Program-made: the position numbers and the translations under genes | NCBI GenBank assembly: GCA_965178125.1 | Contig: OZ237739.1 | Coordinates: forward strand, 1,178,001-1,242,000 | Direction: 5' to 3' | Length of the DNA: 64,000 nucleotides | Origin: Bilabrum cf. latius | Lineage: Eukaryota | Notes under the pieces: generated by a model | Databases searched by the model: none | What the model was told of the DNA's origin: nothing | Seen by the model: only the letters and a program-made list of their open reading frames with translations | Part shown: one piece after another, positions 37,013 through 49,003 of the stretch | Numbering within the stretch: the stretch's first letter is position 1 | How the letters are laid out: each line of letters opens with the position of its first letter

Positions 37013-39552
37013 AATACCGCATTCAAGTGGACCGGTGAAGAACCAGTCGTTCGGGATGAAGCCCAGTGGGTCCGCGGGACCGGGGGCAGGAATTTTTCTT
37101 TTTGGTAACTGCCAACCAGTGGGGATTGCAGCAGCCGTGAAGATGAGCCAATGGGTGTGGTTGAAGGAACAAATCTGATCTGTAGTCTAGGTTCAAGTTG
37201 CAAAGGCATTCCTGCATTTCTGCTGCATTGCTGGCGCGGTCTTCTCTCTCGTGGGAAGAAAGAGCTGCAGACGAGGAATTCTGGGAAGTCACGCCTGGAC
37301 TTGAGCGGCAATCGAGTGGCGTGGACTCGAGCCACTGGAGTGGGCCCCCACTTTGGTGGGACTCGTGGGGCGGCACTGGCAGGCCGCGCTGGGTCGGTGG
37401 AGGGAGGGGGCGAGCGGGAGGTACAGGCGGGCAGAGCTGCTGGCGCTGCGGGCGTGTGGCATGCTGGCGGAGGCAGTGGCGGGCGCAGGGACCGGGGCCC
37501 GCGGGTGGCTGCAGACACCCATGGAGGCGGCAGCAGAGGTGGCGGCTGGATGCCGGTCGGCGCCCCAAGAGACAGGGGCGATCGGCTGGGGGGCAAGGCT
37601 CGGCGGGGCTTCGGGTGCTGCAGATACATCCGGGACCAGCAACAGCAGCAACAGCAACAGCAGCAGCGGTAGGCGAGCGAAGGCCATTCGCACTCGATTG
37701 GCAGCGAGAGCCGCTGCTGCCGGAGTGCTGGGCCCCGAGGACGCTGGCTTGGGAGGACTGGAGCCGGGACGCGCCGACCTGTGCGTGCCGTCCATCCGTT
37801 CGCACGCGCATGTTCCCTCGCGGCCCATCTCACGAGACCAGGAGGAGGGCGATGAGGACGAGCGGTTGGAGGCATCGGCAGGGGCAGGGGCATCGGCAGG
37901 GGCAGGGGCAGGGGCAGGGGCAGGGGCAGGGGCAGGGGCATCGGCAGGGCGAGGCGGTGAGCGCAGCAAGGTGGCTCCGGTCTTCGTGGCTTGGCCAGCC
38001 GCAAGTCCTGGTCCGTGCTCGCACTCGGAAAAGGACTAGGAGTCGGCCTCGCTCGGGGAACACGGTGGCGCCTCCGCCGCGCCCGCGCATCCGTCCGCTC
38101 GCGAGGTCAGCCAGGCCCTGTCGAGCCTCGAGAGCGACTGGACCCGGCCCCGCGGAGCCAACTGCGGGCCATGGGACGAGGCCGGCCTGGGGCTGGATGC
38201 GGGGCCACTCGGCGCCCGGGGACTCGCGCCCGGGTCCGGGCATGGGGGGGACCCGACCCCCCTGTGCTGCCTTGTGCCCGCCGCCGGCTGGGTGAGACGG
38301 GCCGTGGTGCCTCAGTTGGTCTGGATGATGCAGGACGTGATGCATCGCAGTGCGGCGTGGGCCATGCCCCTGGTGCGGGGAGAGGCCGTCATGGGAGTGC
38401 CCCGGGGCGGCGAGGGAACAAGCGCGGAGGCGAGCACGAAGCAGGTGCTCGAGCGCATGCTCGCTTTGGCTGGGGACCAGGGCTCCAGAGGGGCTGTCTC
38501 GGCGCTGCGCTGTGCCACTGGAGGTGCAGGTGCAGGTGCAGGTGCAGGTGGTGGCTCGTTGGGCGCGAGCTTGAATGCAGTGCACTGCAGCGACAGGGTG
38601 TGCGTCCTGCTGCGCCTCGCCATGCGGGTGGGATCGGCTGTGGCAGGCCCCCGACGGCATCGGCACCGCGAGCGCTGCTTCCTCCTCCTCCTCGGGTAGC
38701 CCGAGCCCAGTGGCTGTGGGCTCCGTTTGAATCGGCTCAGGGGCCAGGAGGAGGAATAGGAGGAGGAATAGGAGGAGGAAGCAGGGGGTGTTGAGCCCGG
38801 TCTCTGAGGGTGGGTCTGGCATGGGCTCGGTGGACAATGGGGCTGGGTCCGGGAGCGGGGAGGGGGCGGCGATGATTTTCGGGGGCGGGGAGGGGGTAAG
38901 CGTGGGGGACCGTCAGGGCAAGGGGTGGGCGCTGGGTGTGCCGAGCGCGGGGGTGCGGGAGTACTTCACGTGGGAGTATGGTCCCCGAGGGAAGGCGACG
39001 GAGAAGAGAGAGGTGAAGCGACTGGCCACTGCCGTGGCCGAGTCGGCTCATTTGCTTCTCGACGTGCCGGGGGGGGGGAGGGTCTGGAGGGGATGGCGTG
39101 ATTGGAACTCGCCTTGGCATGGTCACGGGGCTTAGCATGTGGGCGTCATGGGGAAACAAATCCATGTGGTCTGTGCCAGCCTTGGTATCTGCGCAAGCCC
39201 TGGATCGACTGCAGCAACAGACTGCGTGCTGGCAGCGCGCGGAGTCCATGTTCATTGCGGAACCTCGAGGCCAGGAAGGGTTCACTCTTGGCTACTCATC
39301 GTGCCTATCGAATAGTACGAGAAGCGTCATCGTGGAAATTCAATCTGTCTGTCTAGGCTTCTTCAAGTTGCCATCACTGTGGCGAGTTGGGTATCCAGAC
39401 AAGGCCCCGATATCCCTGACCTAGTACTGGAGCAGACTCGAAGCCGTGGTGCAGCTCGACTAGTCTGAAATTCGTTTTGAGTCCGATCAACTTGAAGTGG
39501 AGACAAGCTTGTAAGACTGTCCAGGCTTTGCTTGCATCTTGGCGTGTTTTCC

Positions 39553-41103
39553 ATGGCAGGTCCAGATGAGGTGATTGACCTGGTGAGCAGTGATAGTGAA
39601 GAAGAGTTCGAGGGAAACCCCGGCGGAAGCATGGGTGTTAGTGTTCGTGCGGAGGCATCATCTGGACTGCTGGGAGCCGTTGTATCACGGAGTGGGCGAG
39701 CTGGGCGAGGCAGCATGGCTGTTGGTCCAGAGTTGTCGTCAGCACCAGGTTCAACAGCTGCATTGCCATTGGCTTCTGGAGTCGAGTCGACTGAATCAGT
39801 GTCATCTAGTGCAACCAGCACAAGGGCCCGTTTGGGGCAGAAGAGAGTCCGTGAAGACTTCGAGGCTGCCGTAGAAGGTGGCGATGCAGTGGATGAGCAC
39901 GGTGCAAGCAACAAGAAGAAGAAGAGGAGGAGAAAGGAGCAGAGTCCAGCGACAGGAGAACTCACCGGCGATAGGAGCAGGGGATACTATTGCTCTGTGT
40001 GCGGCAAGCGCTTTGGGCAGGCAGGCCATCTCACGAAGCACATGAGGACTGTGCACCTTGGGGAGCGCAATCACGAGTGCTCTGTGTGCGGCAAGCGCTT
40101 TGGGGAGGCAGGCCATCTCACGACGCACATGAGGACTGTGCACCATGGGGAGCGCAATCACGAGTGCTCTGTGTGCGGCAAGCGCTTTGGGGTGGCAGGC
40201 ACTCTCACAACGCACATGAGGACTGTGCACCTTGGGGAGCGCAATCACGAGTGCTCTGTGTGCGGCAAGCGCTTTGGGCAGGCAAGCAGTCTCACGAAGC
40301 ACATGAGGACTGTGCACCTTGGGAAGCGCAATCACGAGTGCTCTGTGTGCGGCAAGCGCTTCGGGGAGGCAGGCCATCTCACGAAGCACATGAGGACTGT
40401 GCACCTTGGGGAGCGCAATCACGAGTGCTCTGTGTGCGGCAAGCGCTTTGGGCAGGCAGACAGTCTCACGACGCACATGAGGACTGTGCACCTTGGGGAG
40501 CGCAATCACGAGTGCTCTGTGTGCGGGAAGCGCTTTGGGCAGGCAAGCCATCTCACAAAGCACATGAGGACTGTGCACCTTGGGGAGCGCAATCACGAGT
40601 GCTCTGTGTGCGGCAAGCGCTTCGGGGTGTCAGGCACTCTCACAACGCACATGAGGACTGTGCACCTCGGGGAGCGCAATCACGAGTGCTCTGTGTGCGG
40701 CAAGCGCTTTGGGCAGGCAGGCAGTCTCACGAAGCACATGAGGACTGTGCACCTCGGGGAGCGCAATCACGAGTGCTCTGTGTGCGGCAAGCGCTTTGGG
40801 TTGGCAAGCAGTCTCACGAAGCACATGAGGACTGTGCACCTTGGGGAGCGCAATCACGAGTGCTCTGTGTGCGGCAAGCGCTTTGGGGAGGCAGGCAGTC
40901 TCACGACGCACATGAGGACTGTGCACCTTGGGGAGCGCAATCACGAGTGCTCTGTGTGCGGGAAGCGCTTTGGGCTGGCAGGCACTCTCACGACGCACAT
41001 GAGGACTGTGCACCTTGGGGAGCGCAATCACGAGTGCTCTGTGTGCGGCAAGCGCTTTGGGGTGGCAGGCAGTCTCACGAAGCACATTGTAGCAATGCAC
41101 TGA
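39553..41103 (+). CDS. SIM-NLS-C2H2 zinc-finger array protein, copy 4 (13 fingers)
   Basis: Open even in the standard code: GAG stands where the other four copies have TAG, showing that the N-terminus and fingers are one ORF. Confidence 0.95.
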   Translation: MAGPDEVIDLVSSDSEEEFEGNPGGSMGVSVRAEASSGLLGAVVSRSGRAGRGSMAVGPELSSAPGSTAALPLASGVESTESVSSSATSTRARLGQKRVREDFEAAVEGGDAVDEHGASNKKKKRRRKEQSPATGELTGDRSRGYYCSVCGKRFGQAGHLTKHMRTVHLGERNHECSVCGKRFGEAGHLTTHMRTVHHGERNHECSVCGKRFGVAGTLTTHMRTVHLGERNHECSVCGKRFGQASSLTKHMRTVHLGKRNHECSVCGKRFGEAGHLTKHMRTVHLGERNHECSVCGKRFGQADSLTTHMRTVHLGERNHECSVCGKRFGQASHLTKHMRTVHLGERNHECSVCGKRFGVSGTLTTHMRTVHLGERNHECSVCGKRFGQAGSLTKHMRTVHLGERNHECSVCGKRFGLASSLTKHMRTVHLGERNHECSVCGKRFGEAGSLTTHMRTVHLGERNHECSVCGKRFGLAGTLTTHMRTVHLGERNHECSVCGKRFGVAGSLTKHIVAMH

Positions 41104-41159
41104 TAGGCTTGGTAACGCACTGTGCATGACGTGTTGAGCAACCCATGCCTGCTGCCATC

Positions 41160-41678
41160 TGTTAAATATACTCGGACATCAGGATTGAAGCAACGGAGAG
41201 CAGAGGTGAGACGGAAGACGAGGTGGGCGCAGGAGGACAGGAGGTGGAGAAGAAGAGGGGGGCACCGGCACAGGCGACGACAGTGCGGTGTCAACAGGGA
41301 GAACACAACGGGAGGAAGGGTGGCTCCAGGTGCAAGGCACGAGGGAGACGCGGGTGGCAGCGGACTGCATGGCCAGCAGCACGCAGAAGGCCAACAGGTG
41401 GGTGGACAGATGGGGCGCACGGCAGGTCGGCCAGGACCGGCGCGTGCAAGCTGAAAGGATAGGGCCAAGGTGGCAATGCAGGGAGCAAAGCACACGGTCC
41501 CTAGGGCGGGGAACAGGAACAGGAAGCCATGTGGCGACGAGGCCAGTCGGGTGCATGGGGAAAGTGGCGTGTACATTCGTAGTGTCAGATGAATACCGCA
41601 TTCAAGTGGACCGGTGAAGAACCAGTCGTTCGGGATGAAGCCCAGTGGGTCCGCGGGACCGGGGGCAGGAATTTTTCT
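41160..41678 (+). mobile_element. 519-bp module, unit 4
   Basis: Same ends and length as the other copies. Confidence 0.7.
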
Positions 41679-44103
41679 TTTTGGTAACTGCCAACCAGTG
41701 GGGATTGCAGCAGCCGTGAAGATGAGCCAATGGGTGTGGTTGAAGGAACAAATCTGATCTGTAGTCTAGGTTCAAGTTGCAAAGGCATTCCTGCATTTCT
41801 GCTTCATTGCTGGCGCGGTCTTCTCTCTCGTGGGAAGAAAGAGCTGCAGAGGAGGAATTCTGGGAAGTCACGTCTGGACTTGAGCGGCAATCGAGTGGCG
41901 TGGACTCGAGCCCCTGGAGAGGGCCCCCACTTTGGTGGGACTCGCGGGGCGGCACTGGCAGGCCGCGCTGGGTCGGTGGAGGGAGGGGGCGAGCGGGAGG
42001 TACAGGCGGGCAGAGCTGCTGGTGCTGCGGGCGTGGGTCACGCTGGCAGAGGCAGTGGCGGGCGCAGGGGCCGGGGCCCGCGGGTGGCTGCAGGCACCCA
42101 TGGAGGCGGCAGCATAGGTGGCGGCTGGATGCCGGTCGGCGCCCCAAGAGACAGGGGCGATCGGCTGGGGGGCAAGGCTCGACGGGGCTTCGGGTGCTGT
42201 GGATGCATCCGGGAGCAGTAGCAGCAGCAGCAGCAGCAGCAGCAACAGCAACAGCAGCGGTAGGCGAGCGAAGGCCATTCGCACTCAATTGGCAGCGAGA
42301 GCCGCTGCTGCCGGAGTGCTGGGCCCCGAGGACGCTGGGTTGGGAGGACTGGTGCTCGGACGTGCCGACCTGTGCGTGCCGTCCATCCGCTCGCACGCGC
42401 AGGTTCCCTCGCGGTCCATCTCACGAGACCAGGAGGAGGGCGATGAGGACGAGCGGATAGAAGCATCGGCAGGGGCAGGGGCAGGGGCAGGGGCATCGGC
42501 AGGGCGAGGCGGTGAGCGCAGCAAGTAGGTTCCGGTCTTCGTGTCTTGTCCAGCCGCAAGTCCTGGTCCGTGCACGCACTCGGAATAGGAATGGGAGTCG
42601 GACTCGCTCGGGGAACACGGCGGCGCCTCCGCCGCGCCCGCGCATCCGTCCGCTCGCGAGGTCAGCCAGGCCCTGGCGAGCCTCGAGAACGACTGGACCC
42701 GGCCCCGCGGAGCCAACTGCGGGCCATGGGACGAGGCCGGCCTGGGGCTGGATGCGGGGCGACTGGGCGCCCGGGGACTTGCGCCCGGGTCCGGGCATGG
42801 GGGGGACCCGACCCCCCTGTGCTGCCTTGTGCCCGCCGCCGGCTGGGTGAGACGGGCCGTAGTGCCTCAGCTGGTGAGGTCTGGATGATGCAGGACGTGA
42901 TGCATCGCAGTGCGGCGTGGGCCATGCCCCTGGTGCGCGGAGAGGCCGTCATGGGAGTGCCCCGGGGCGGCGAGGGAACAAGCGCGGAGGCGAGCACGAA
43001 GCAGGTGCTCGAGCGCATGCTCGCTTTGGCTGGGGACCAGGGCTCCAGAGGGGCTGTCTCGGCGCTGCGCTGTGCCACTGGAGGTGCAGGTGCATGTGCA
43101 GGTGGTGGCTCGTTGGGCGCGAGCTTGAATGCAGTGCACTGCAGCGACAGGGTATGCGTCCTGCTGCGCCTCGCCATGCGGGTGGGATGGGCTGTGGCAG
43201 GCCCCGACGGCATCGGCACCGCGAGCGCTGCTTCCTCCTCCTCGGGTAGCCCAAGCCCAGTGGCTGTGGGCTCCGTTTGAATCGGCTCAGGGTCCACGAA
43301 GAGGAGGAGAAGGAAGAGGAGGAGGAAGCAGGGGGTGTTGAGCCCGGTCTCTGAGGGTGGGTCTGGCATGGGCTCGGTGGACAAAGGGGCTGGGTCCGGG
43401 AGCGGGGAGGGGGCGGCGATGGTGTTCGGGGGCGGGGAGGGGGTAAGCGTGGGGGACCGTCAGGGCAAGGGGTGGGCGCTGGGTGTGCCGAGCGCGGGGG
43501 TGCGGGAGTGCTTCACGTGGAGGTGTGGTCCCCGAGGGAAGGCGACGGAGAAGAGGGAGGTGAAGCTGCCCACTGCCGTGGCCGAGTCGGCTCGTTTGCT
43601 TCTCGAGGTGCCGGGGCGGGGGGGGGTATCTGGAGGGGATGGTGTGATTGGAACTCGCCTTGGCGTGGTCACGGGGCTTAGCATGTGGGCGTCATGGGGA
43701 TGCACATGCATGTGGGCTGGTCTATGCCAGCCTTGGTATCTGTGCAAACCCTGGATCGACTGCAGCAACAGACTGCGTGCTGGCAGCGCGCGGAGTCCAC
43801 GTTCATTGCGGAACCTCGAGGCCAGGAAGGGTTCACTCTTGACTACTCATCGTGCCTATCGAATAGTACGAGAAGCGTCATCGTGCAAATTCAATCTGTC
43901 TGTCTAGGCTTCTTCAAGTTGCCATCACTGTGGCGAGTTGGGTATCCAGACAAGGCCCCGATATCCCTGACCTAGCACTGGAGCAGACTCGAAGCCGTGG
44001 TGCAGCTCGACTAGTGTGAAATTCGTTTTGAGTCCGATCAACCTGAAGTGGAGACAAGCTTGTAAGACAGTCCAGGCTTTGCTTGCATCTTGGCGTGTTT
44101 TCC

Positions 44104-45567
44104 ATGGCAGGTCCAAATGAGGTGATTGACCTGGTGAGCAGTGATAGTGAAGAAGAGTTTGAGGGAAATCCCGGCGGAAGCATGGGTGTAAGTGGTCGTG
44201 CGGAGGCATCATCTGGAGTGCTGGGTGCCGTTGTATCACGGAGTGGGCGAGCTGGGCGAGGCAGCATGGCTGTTGATCCAGAGTTGTCGTCAGCATCAGG
44301 TTCAACAGCTGCATTACCATTGGCTTCTGGAGTCTAGTCGACTGAAGGGGTGTCATCTAGTGCAACCAGTACAAGTGCCCGCTTGGGGCAGAAGAGAGTC
44401 CGTGAAGACTTCGAGGCTGCCGCAGAAGGTGGCGATGCAGTGGATGAGCACGGTGCAAGCAGCAAGAAGAAGAAGAGGAGGAGAAAGGAGCAGAGTACAG
44501 CAGCAGGAGAACTCACCGGCGATAGTAGCAAGGGATACGACTGCTCTGTGTGCGGCAAGCGCTTTGGGGTGGCTGACAATCTCACGAAGCACATGAGGAC
44601 TGTGCACCTTGGGGAGCGCAATCACGAGTGCTCTGTGTGCGGCAAGCGCTTTGGACGCCAAGACAGTCTCACAAAGCACATGAGGACTGTGCACCTTGGG
44701 GAGCGCAATCACGAGTGCTCTGTGTGCGGCAAGCGCTTTGGGGAGGCAGGCCATCTCACGAAGCACATGAGGACTGTGCACCTTGGGGAGCGCAATCACG
44801 AGTGCTCTGTGTGCGGCAAGCGCTTCGGGGAGGCAGGCAGTGTCACGAAGCACATGAGGACTGTGCACCTTGGGGAGCGCAATCACGAGTGCTCTGTGTG
44901 CGGCAAGCGCTTCGGGGAGGCAGGCAGTCTCACGACGCACATGAGGACTGTGCACCTTGGGGAGCGCAATCACGAGTGCTCTGTGTGCGGCAAGCGCTTT
45001 GGACGCCAAGACACTTTCTCGACGCACATGAGGACTGTGCACCTTGGGGAGCGCAATCACGAGTGCTCTGTGTGCGGCAAGCGCTTCGGGGTGGCAAGCA
45101 GTCTCACGACGCACATGAGGACTGTGCACCTTGGGGAGCGCAATCACGAGTGCTCTGTGTGCGGCAAGCGCTTCGGGGAGGCAAGCAGTCTCACGAAGCA
45201 CATGAGGACTGTGCACCTCGGGGAGCGCAATCACGAGTGCTCTGTGTGCGGCAAGCGCTTTGGGGAGCCAAGCAATCTCACGACGCACATGAGGACTGTG
45301 CACCTTGGGGAGCGCAATCACGAGTGCTCTGTGTGTGGGAAGCGCTTTGGGGTGGCAGGCCATCTCAAGACGCACATGAGGACTGTGCACCTTGGGGAGC
45401 GCAATCACGAGTGCTCTGTGTGCGGCAAGCGCTTCGGGGTGGCAAGCAGTCTCACGAAGCACATGAGGACTGTGCACCTTGGGGAGCGCAATCACGAGTG
45501 CTCTGTGTGCGGCAAGCGCTTTGGGGTGGCAGGCCATCTTAAGAAGCATTTGAAAGCGATGCACTGA
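44104..45567 (+). CDS. SIM-NLS-C2H2 zinc-finger array protein, copy 5 (12 fingers)
   Basis: Same architecture, internal TAG at 44335-44337. Confidence 0.92.
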
Positions 45568-45709
45568 TAGGCTTGGATACGCTCTGTTCATGACGTGTTG
45601 AGCAACCCATGCCTGCTGGCACCAGTGGCAAAGGCGTTCCTGCATTTCTGCTTCAACGCTGGGGCGGGTTTCGCTGTCATGCGTAGATCTGGTGTTACTA
45701 TCCGTATCC

Positions 45710-46228
45710 TGTTATATGTACCCGGACATCAGGATTGAAGCGACGGGGAGCAGAGGTGAGACGGAAGACGAGGTGGGCGCAGGAGGACAGAAGGTGGAGA
45801 AGAAGAGGGGGACACCGGCACAGGCGGCGACAGTGCGGTGTCAACAGGGAGAACACAACGGGAGGAATGGGGGCTCCAGGTGCAAGGCACGAGGGAGACG
45901 CGAGTGGCAGCGGACTGCATGGCCAGCAGCACGCAGAGGGCCAACAGGTGGGTGGACAGATGGGGCGCACGGCAGGTCGGCCAGGACTGGCGCGTGCAAG
46001 CTGAAAGGATAGGGCCAAGGTGGCAATGCAGGGAGCAAAGCACACGGTCCCTAGGGCGGGGAACAGGAACAGGAAGCCATGTGGCGACGAGGCCAGTCGG
46101 GTGCATGGGGAAAGTGGTGTGTACATTCGTAGTGTCAGATGAATACCGCATTCAGGTGGACCGGTGAAGAACCAGTCGTTCGGGGTGAAGCCCAGTGGGT
46201 CCGCGGGACCGGGGGCAGGAATTTTTCT
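45710..46228 (+). mobile_element. 519-bp module, unit 5; array homology stops at its 3' end
   Basis: Sequence diverges from the other units immediately after GGAATTTTTCT. Confidence 0.7.
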
Positions 46229-48355
46229 ATCAGTGTTCCTCGGAAGTCGGTGCATGAGGCTTCGAGCATGTCGTGCTGAAGCCATCTGCTTCACTCAGTG
46301 CTTCGCCGAGTCGACAAGTCGTGGAAGTGATGAAGTGGGGGGGCTGGGAGACGACTGGTCATGTTTGATATGTGGTACTATGCGGGTGTACCGGCGGATG
46401 TATCGGCAGGACGGCTGGTCCTTGTGACATTCGGGTTGGGGTGTAGGCGCGGACCAGATGTAATGCAGCGACTCTGGGTAGTTTGCAGTCAGCATCATGC
46501 AGAGCAAGAGGAGGGTGGGAGGGCGAGTGCAGTGACGGAGGTGACCGGCGGGATGATCTGGGTCCTTTTTTTAGGCCAGGCGGAGACCTGCCTGGCAGGT
46601 GGGCGGTGGTCTATTCCGGATCATGAGCGGCTCCGAATCGGCATAGGGTCGCCCGACCACATGCTGCAGACAAGGAATTCTAGGAATTCGCGCCTGGACT
46701 TGAGCGGCAATCGAGTGGCGTGGACTTGAGCCCCTGGAGAGGGCCCCCACTTTGGTGGGACTCGCGGGGCGGCACTGGCAGGCCGCGCTGGGTCGGTGGA
46801 GGGAGGGGGCGAGCGGGAAGCACAGGCGGGCAGAGCTGCTGGCGCTGCGGGCGTGTGGCATGCTGGCGGAGGCAGTGGCGGGCGCAGGGGCCGACAACAA
46901 CTCCGGCTCCCCGCGCCTCGAGCCACGATAATACGCGCCAACACGCAAGATCTCTCTTTGTTCACCATCAAATTTAACCCCCAACCAACTAATGTCCCGC
47001 TTATTATGGCCCACACGCTCTAATATGGCATACCCTGTCTCCTGGTATGGTGTGGGGCGCCGGCCCGGGTCCTCCCAACGGCTCCGCTACTTGGAGGCAT
47101 TCCTTCTCCTCCTCTTCGTGAAGAATAGGTGTACTACTAGTATCGAAGGGTGTATGCCACTGTAGGCGTTGAGCTAAGCTTCGGTCGGTACTCCAGCTGC
47201 ACGGTGACCATTGGTGCCACAGGCCTATAGCCTAGACCATTCCATGCACACTTTTTTCGCATTGGTGGACAAGAATTTCGATTTGGCAGCAACACTAATA
47301 GTCTATAACAGGATTGTTGCAAGACTTACATGGATAGGCGTGGAATGGAGGTATACTGGCCACCAAGAATTGACGCATCATTCTTGGTGAGAAGTAGTTG
47401 ACCAACCACAAGGTGTGCACGACTGAGCACCGCAAGTATACCTTAGCCATGTATGGTATCGACTGATCCACTCCGTATTGCAGAACCCTTTCGTGGAGGT
47501 TCGTGGGGGTCGACGAGATCATTACTCCTGGGGTACTCTAGCTGCCATCGAGTCGGGGTACTCCAATATTTCTCTACCCCCATATGATGTATTGCATCAT
47601 GATATCGCTGCATGCCTGCTAGATACCTTTCGACAGGATGGGGTCCGGCTGCGATCCGTTGGCTTAAAGGTGACTGCAATTGACGTAAAAGCTGGGAGTC
47701 TGCTGTGCTCAGCAGTTTGCTGCTCCACCGAGGACGGAAGCCCTAGCATTCAATGTTTACGCTTTCATGCGTGCAGATGGAAACCAGGGGGATTCGCGTC
47801 ACTGGCTCCTGCCCTACTGCACCAGAGCAGCACTCGTGGATTGTCTGCGCTGTGCATCACAGGGTCCACGGGGTCCACTAAACTTCCAAAAGGGGGTGTG
47901 CAGGCCTTGCATGATTCACTGGTGGATTCACGATGCAGCCTGGACGTGCTAAAGATGGGTGAGCTCCTCGGAGACCAGCCCGAGTTCCCGCACGAGGTGG
48001 AGGAGGTGTACCAAAGCAACCGTCTGATGGCTGATGCCATTCGGTGCAACAGGAGCTTGAGGCTGTGCTACTTGGGACCATGCACTGTGGATTGTGACGA
48101 GTTGCTTGCCTGGGCTGATGCGCTGAGCGTCAACAAGACACTGCGGCAGGTGTAGATCGCATGGCGGACAATCCCGAGGGTCAGCACCGATGCAGCCTAG
48201 TCGCTGATGGGCGAGTGCGGGGCCCGCATCGTGCGTGAGAATGAGGGCATCTGCTACCTAAAACTTTGCTACGACTTGGAAGGTCCATCGGATCCAACGA
48301 GCAGGCTGGATCAGCTGTGCGATGCGGTCAGGCGGAATCGGGCATTGCGATCGTT

Positions 48356-48877
48356 TTAAGAAAAATTCCTGCCCCCGGTCCCGCGGACCCACTGGGCTTC
48401 ACCCCGAACGACTGGTTCTTCACCGGTCCACCTGAATGCGGTATTCATCTGACACTACGAATGTACACACCACTTTCCCCATGCACCCGACTGGCCTCGT
48501 CGCCACATGGCTTCCTGTTCCTGTTCCCCGCCCTAGGGACCGTGTGCTTTGCTCCCAGCATTGCCACCTTGGCCCTATCCTTTCAGCCTGCACGCGCCGG
48601 TCCTGGCCGACCTGCCGTGCGCCCCATCTGTCCACCCACCTGTTGGCCTTCTGCGTGCTGCTGGCCATGCAGTCCGCTGCCACCCGTGTCTCCCTCGTGC
48701 CTTGCACCTGGAGCCCCCATTCCTCCCGTTGTGTTCTCCCTGTTGACACCGCACTGTCGTCGCCTGTGCCGGTGCCCCCCTCTTCTTCTCCACCTCCTGT
48801 CCTCCTGCGCCCACCTCGTCTTCCGTCTCACCTCTGCTCCCCGTTGCTTCAATCCTGATGTCCGAGTCCATATAACA
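48356..48877 (-). mobile_element. Inverted solo copy of the 519-bp module inserted in the LRR gene, no target-site duplication
   Basis: Removing 48356-48877 restores the frame ...RNRALRSF|EWDWQHEAV... Confidence 0.8.
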
Positions 48878-49003
48878 TGAGTGGGACTGGCAGCACGAGG
48901 CTGTCTGCCCACCTCACTATAGCCCCCCTGCCCACCTTACACCTAGTAAGAAGACCATTCAATTCGGCAGGATGCTGGATGCAGTGCTGGCCAACCCGTG
49001 CAT

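Larger units (their letters stand above)
1..46228 (+). repeat. Tandem array of about 4.4-4.9 kb host units (5 zinc-finger genes visible, open to the left), interrupted by the virophage
   Basis: Near-identical blocks recur with gene starts at about -10, 4414, 9085, 39553 and 44104. Unit 3 is split by the 25.5-kb insertion. Confidence 0.95.

Noticed and set aside
39784-39786. TAG=Glu, suggested by GAG replacing TAG in zinc-finger copy 4
   Set aside because: This is a single substitution in a low-complexity linker. Conserved enzyme motifs and poly-Gln runs point to Gln.
45710-46232. Solo LTR reading (TG...CA) of the 519-bp module
   Set aside because: The CA end occurs in only this copy, and no copy shows a 4-6 bp duplication or a clear primer-binding site.
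45710-48877. Composite transposon formed by two inverted 519-bp copies
   Set aside because: The right copy is an independent insertion inside the LRR gene, whose frame continues beyond it.
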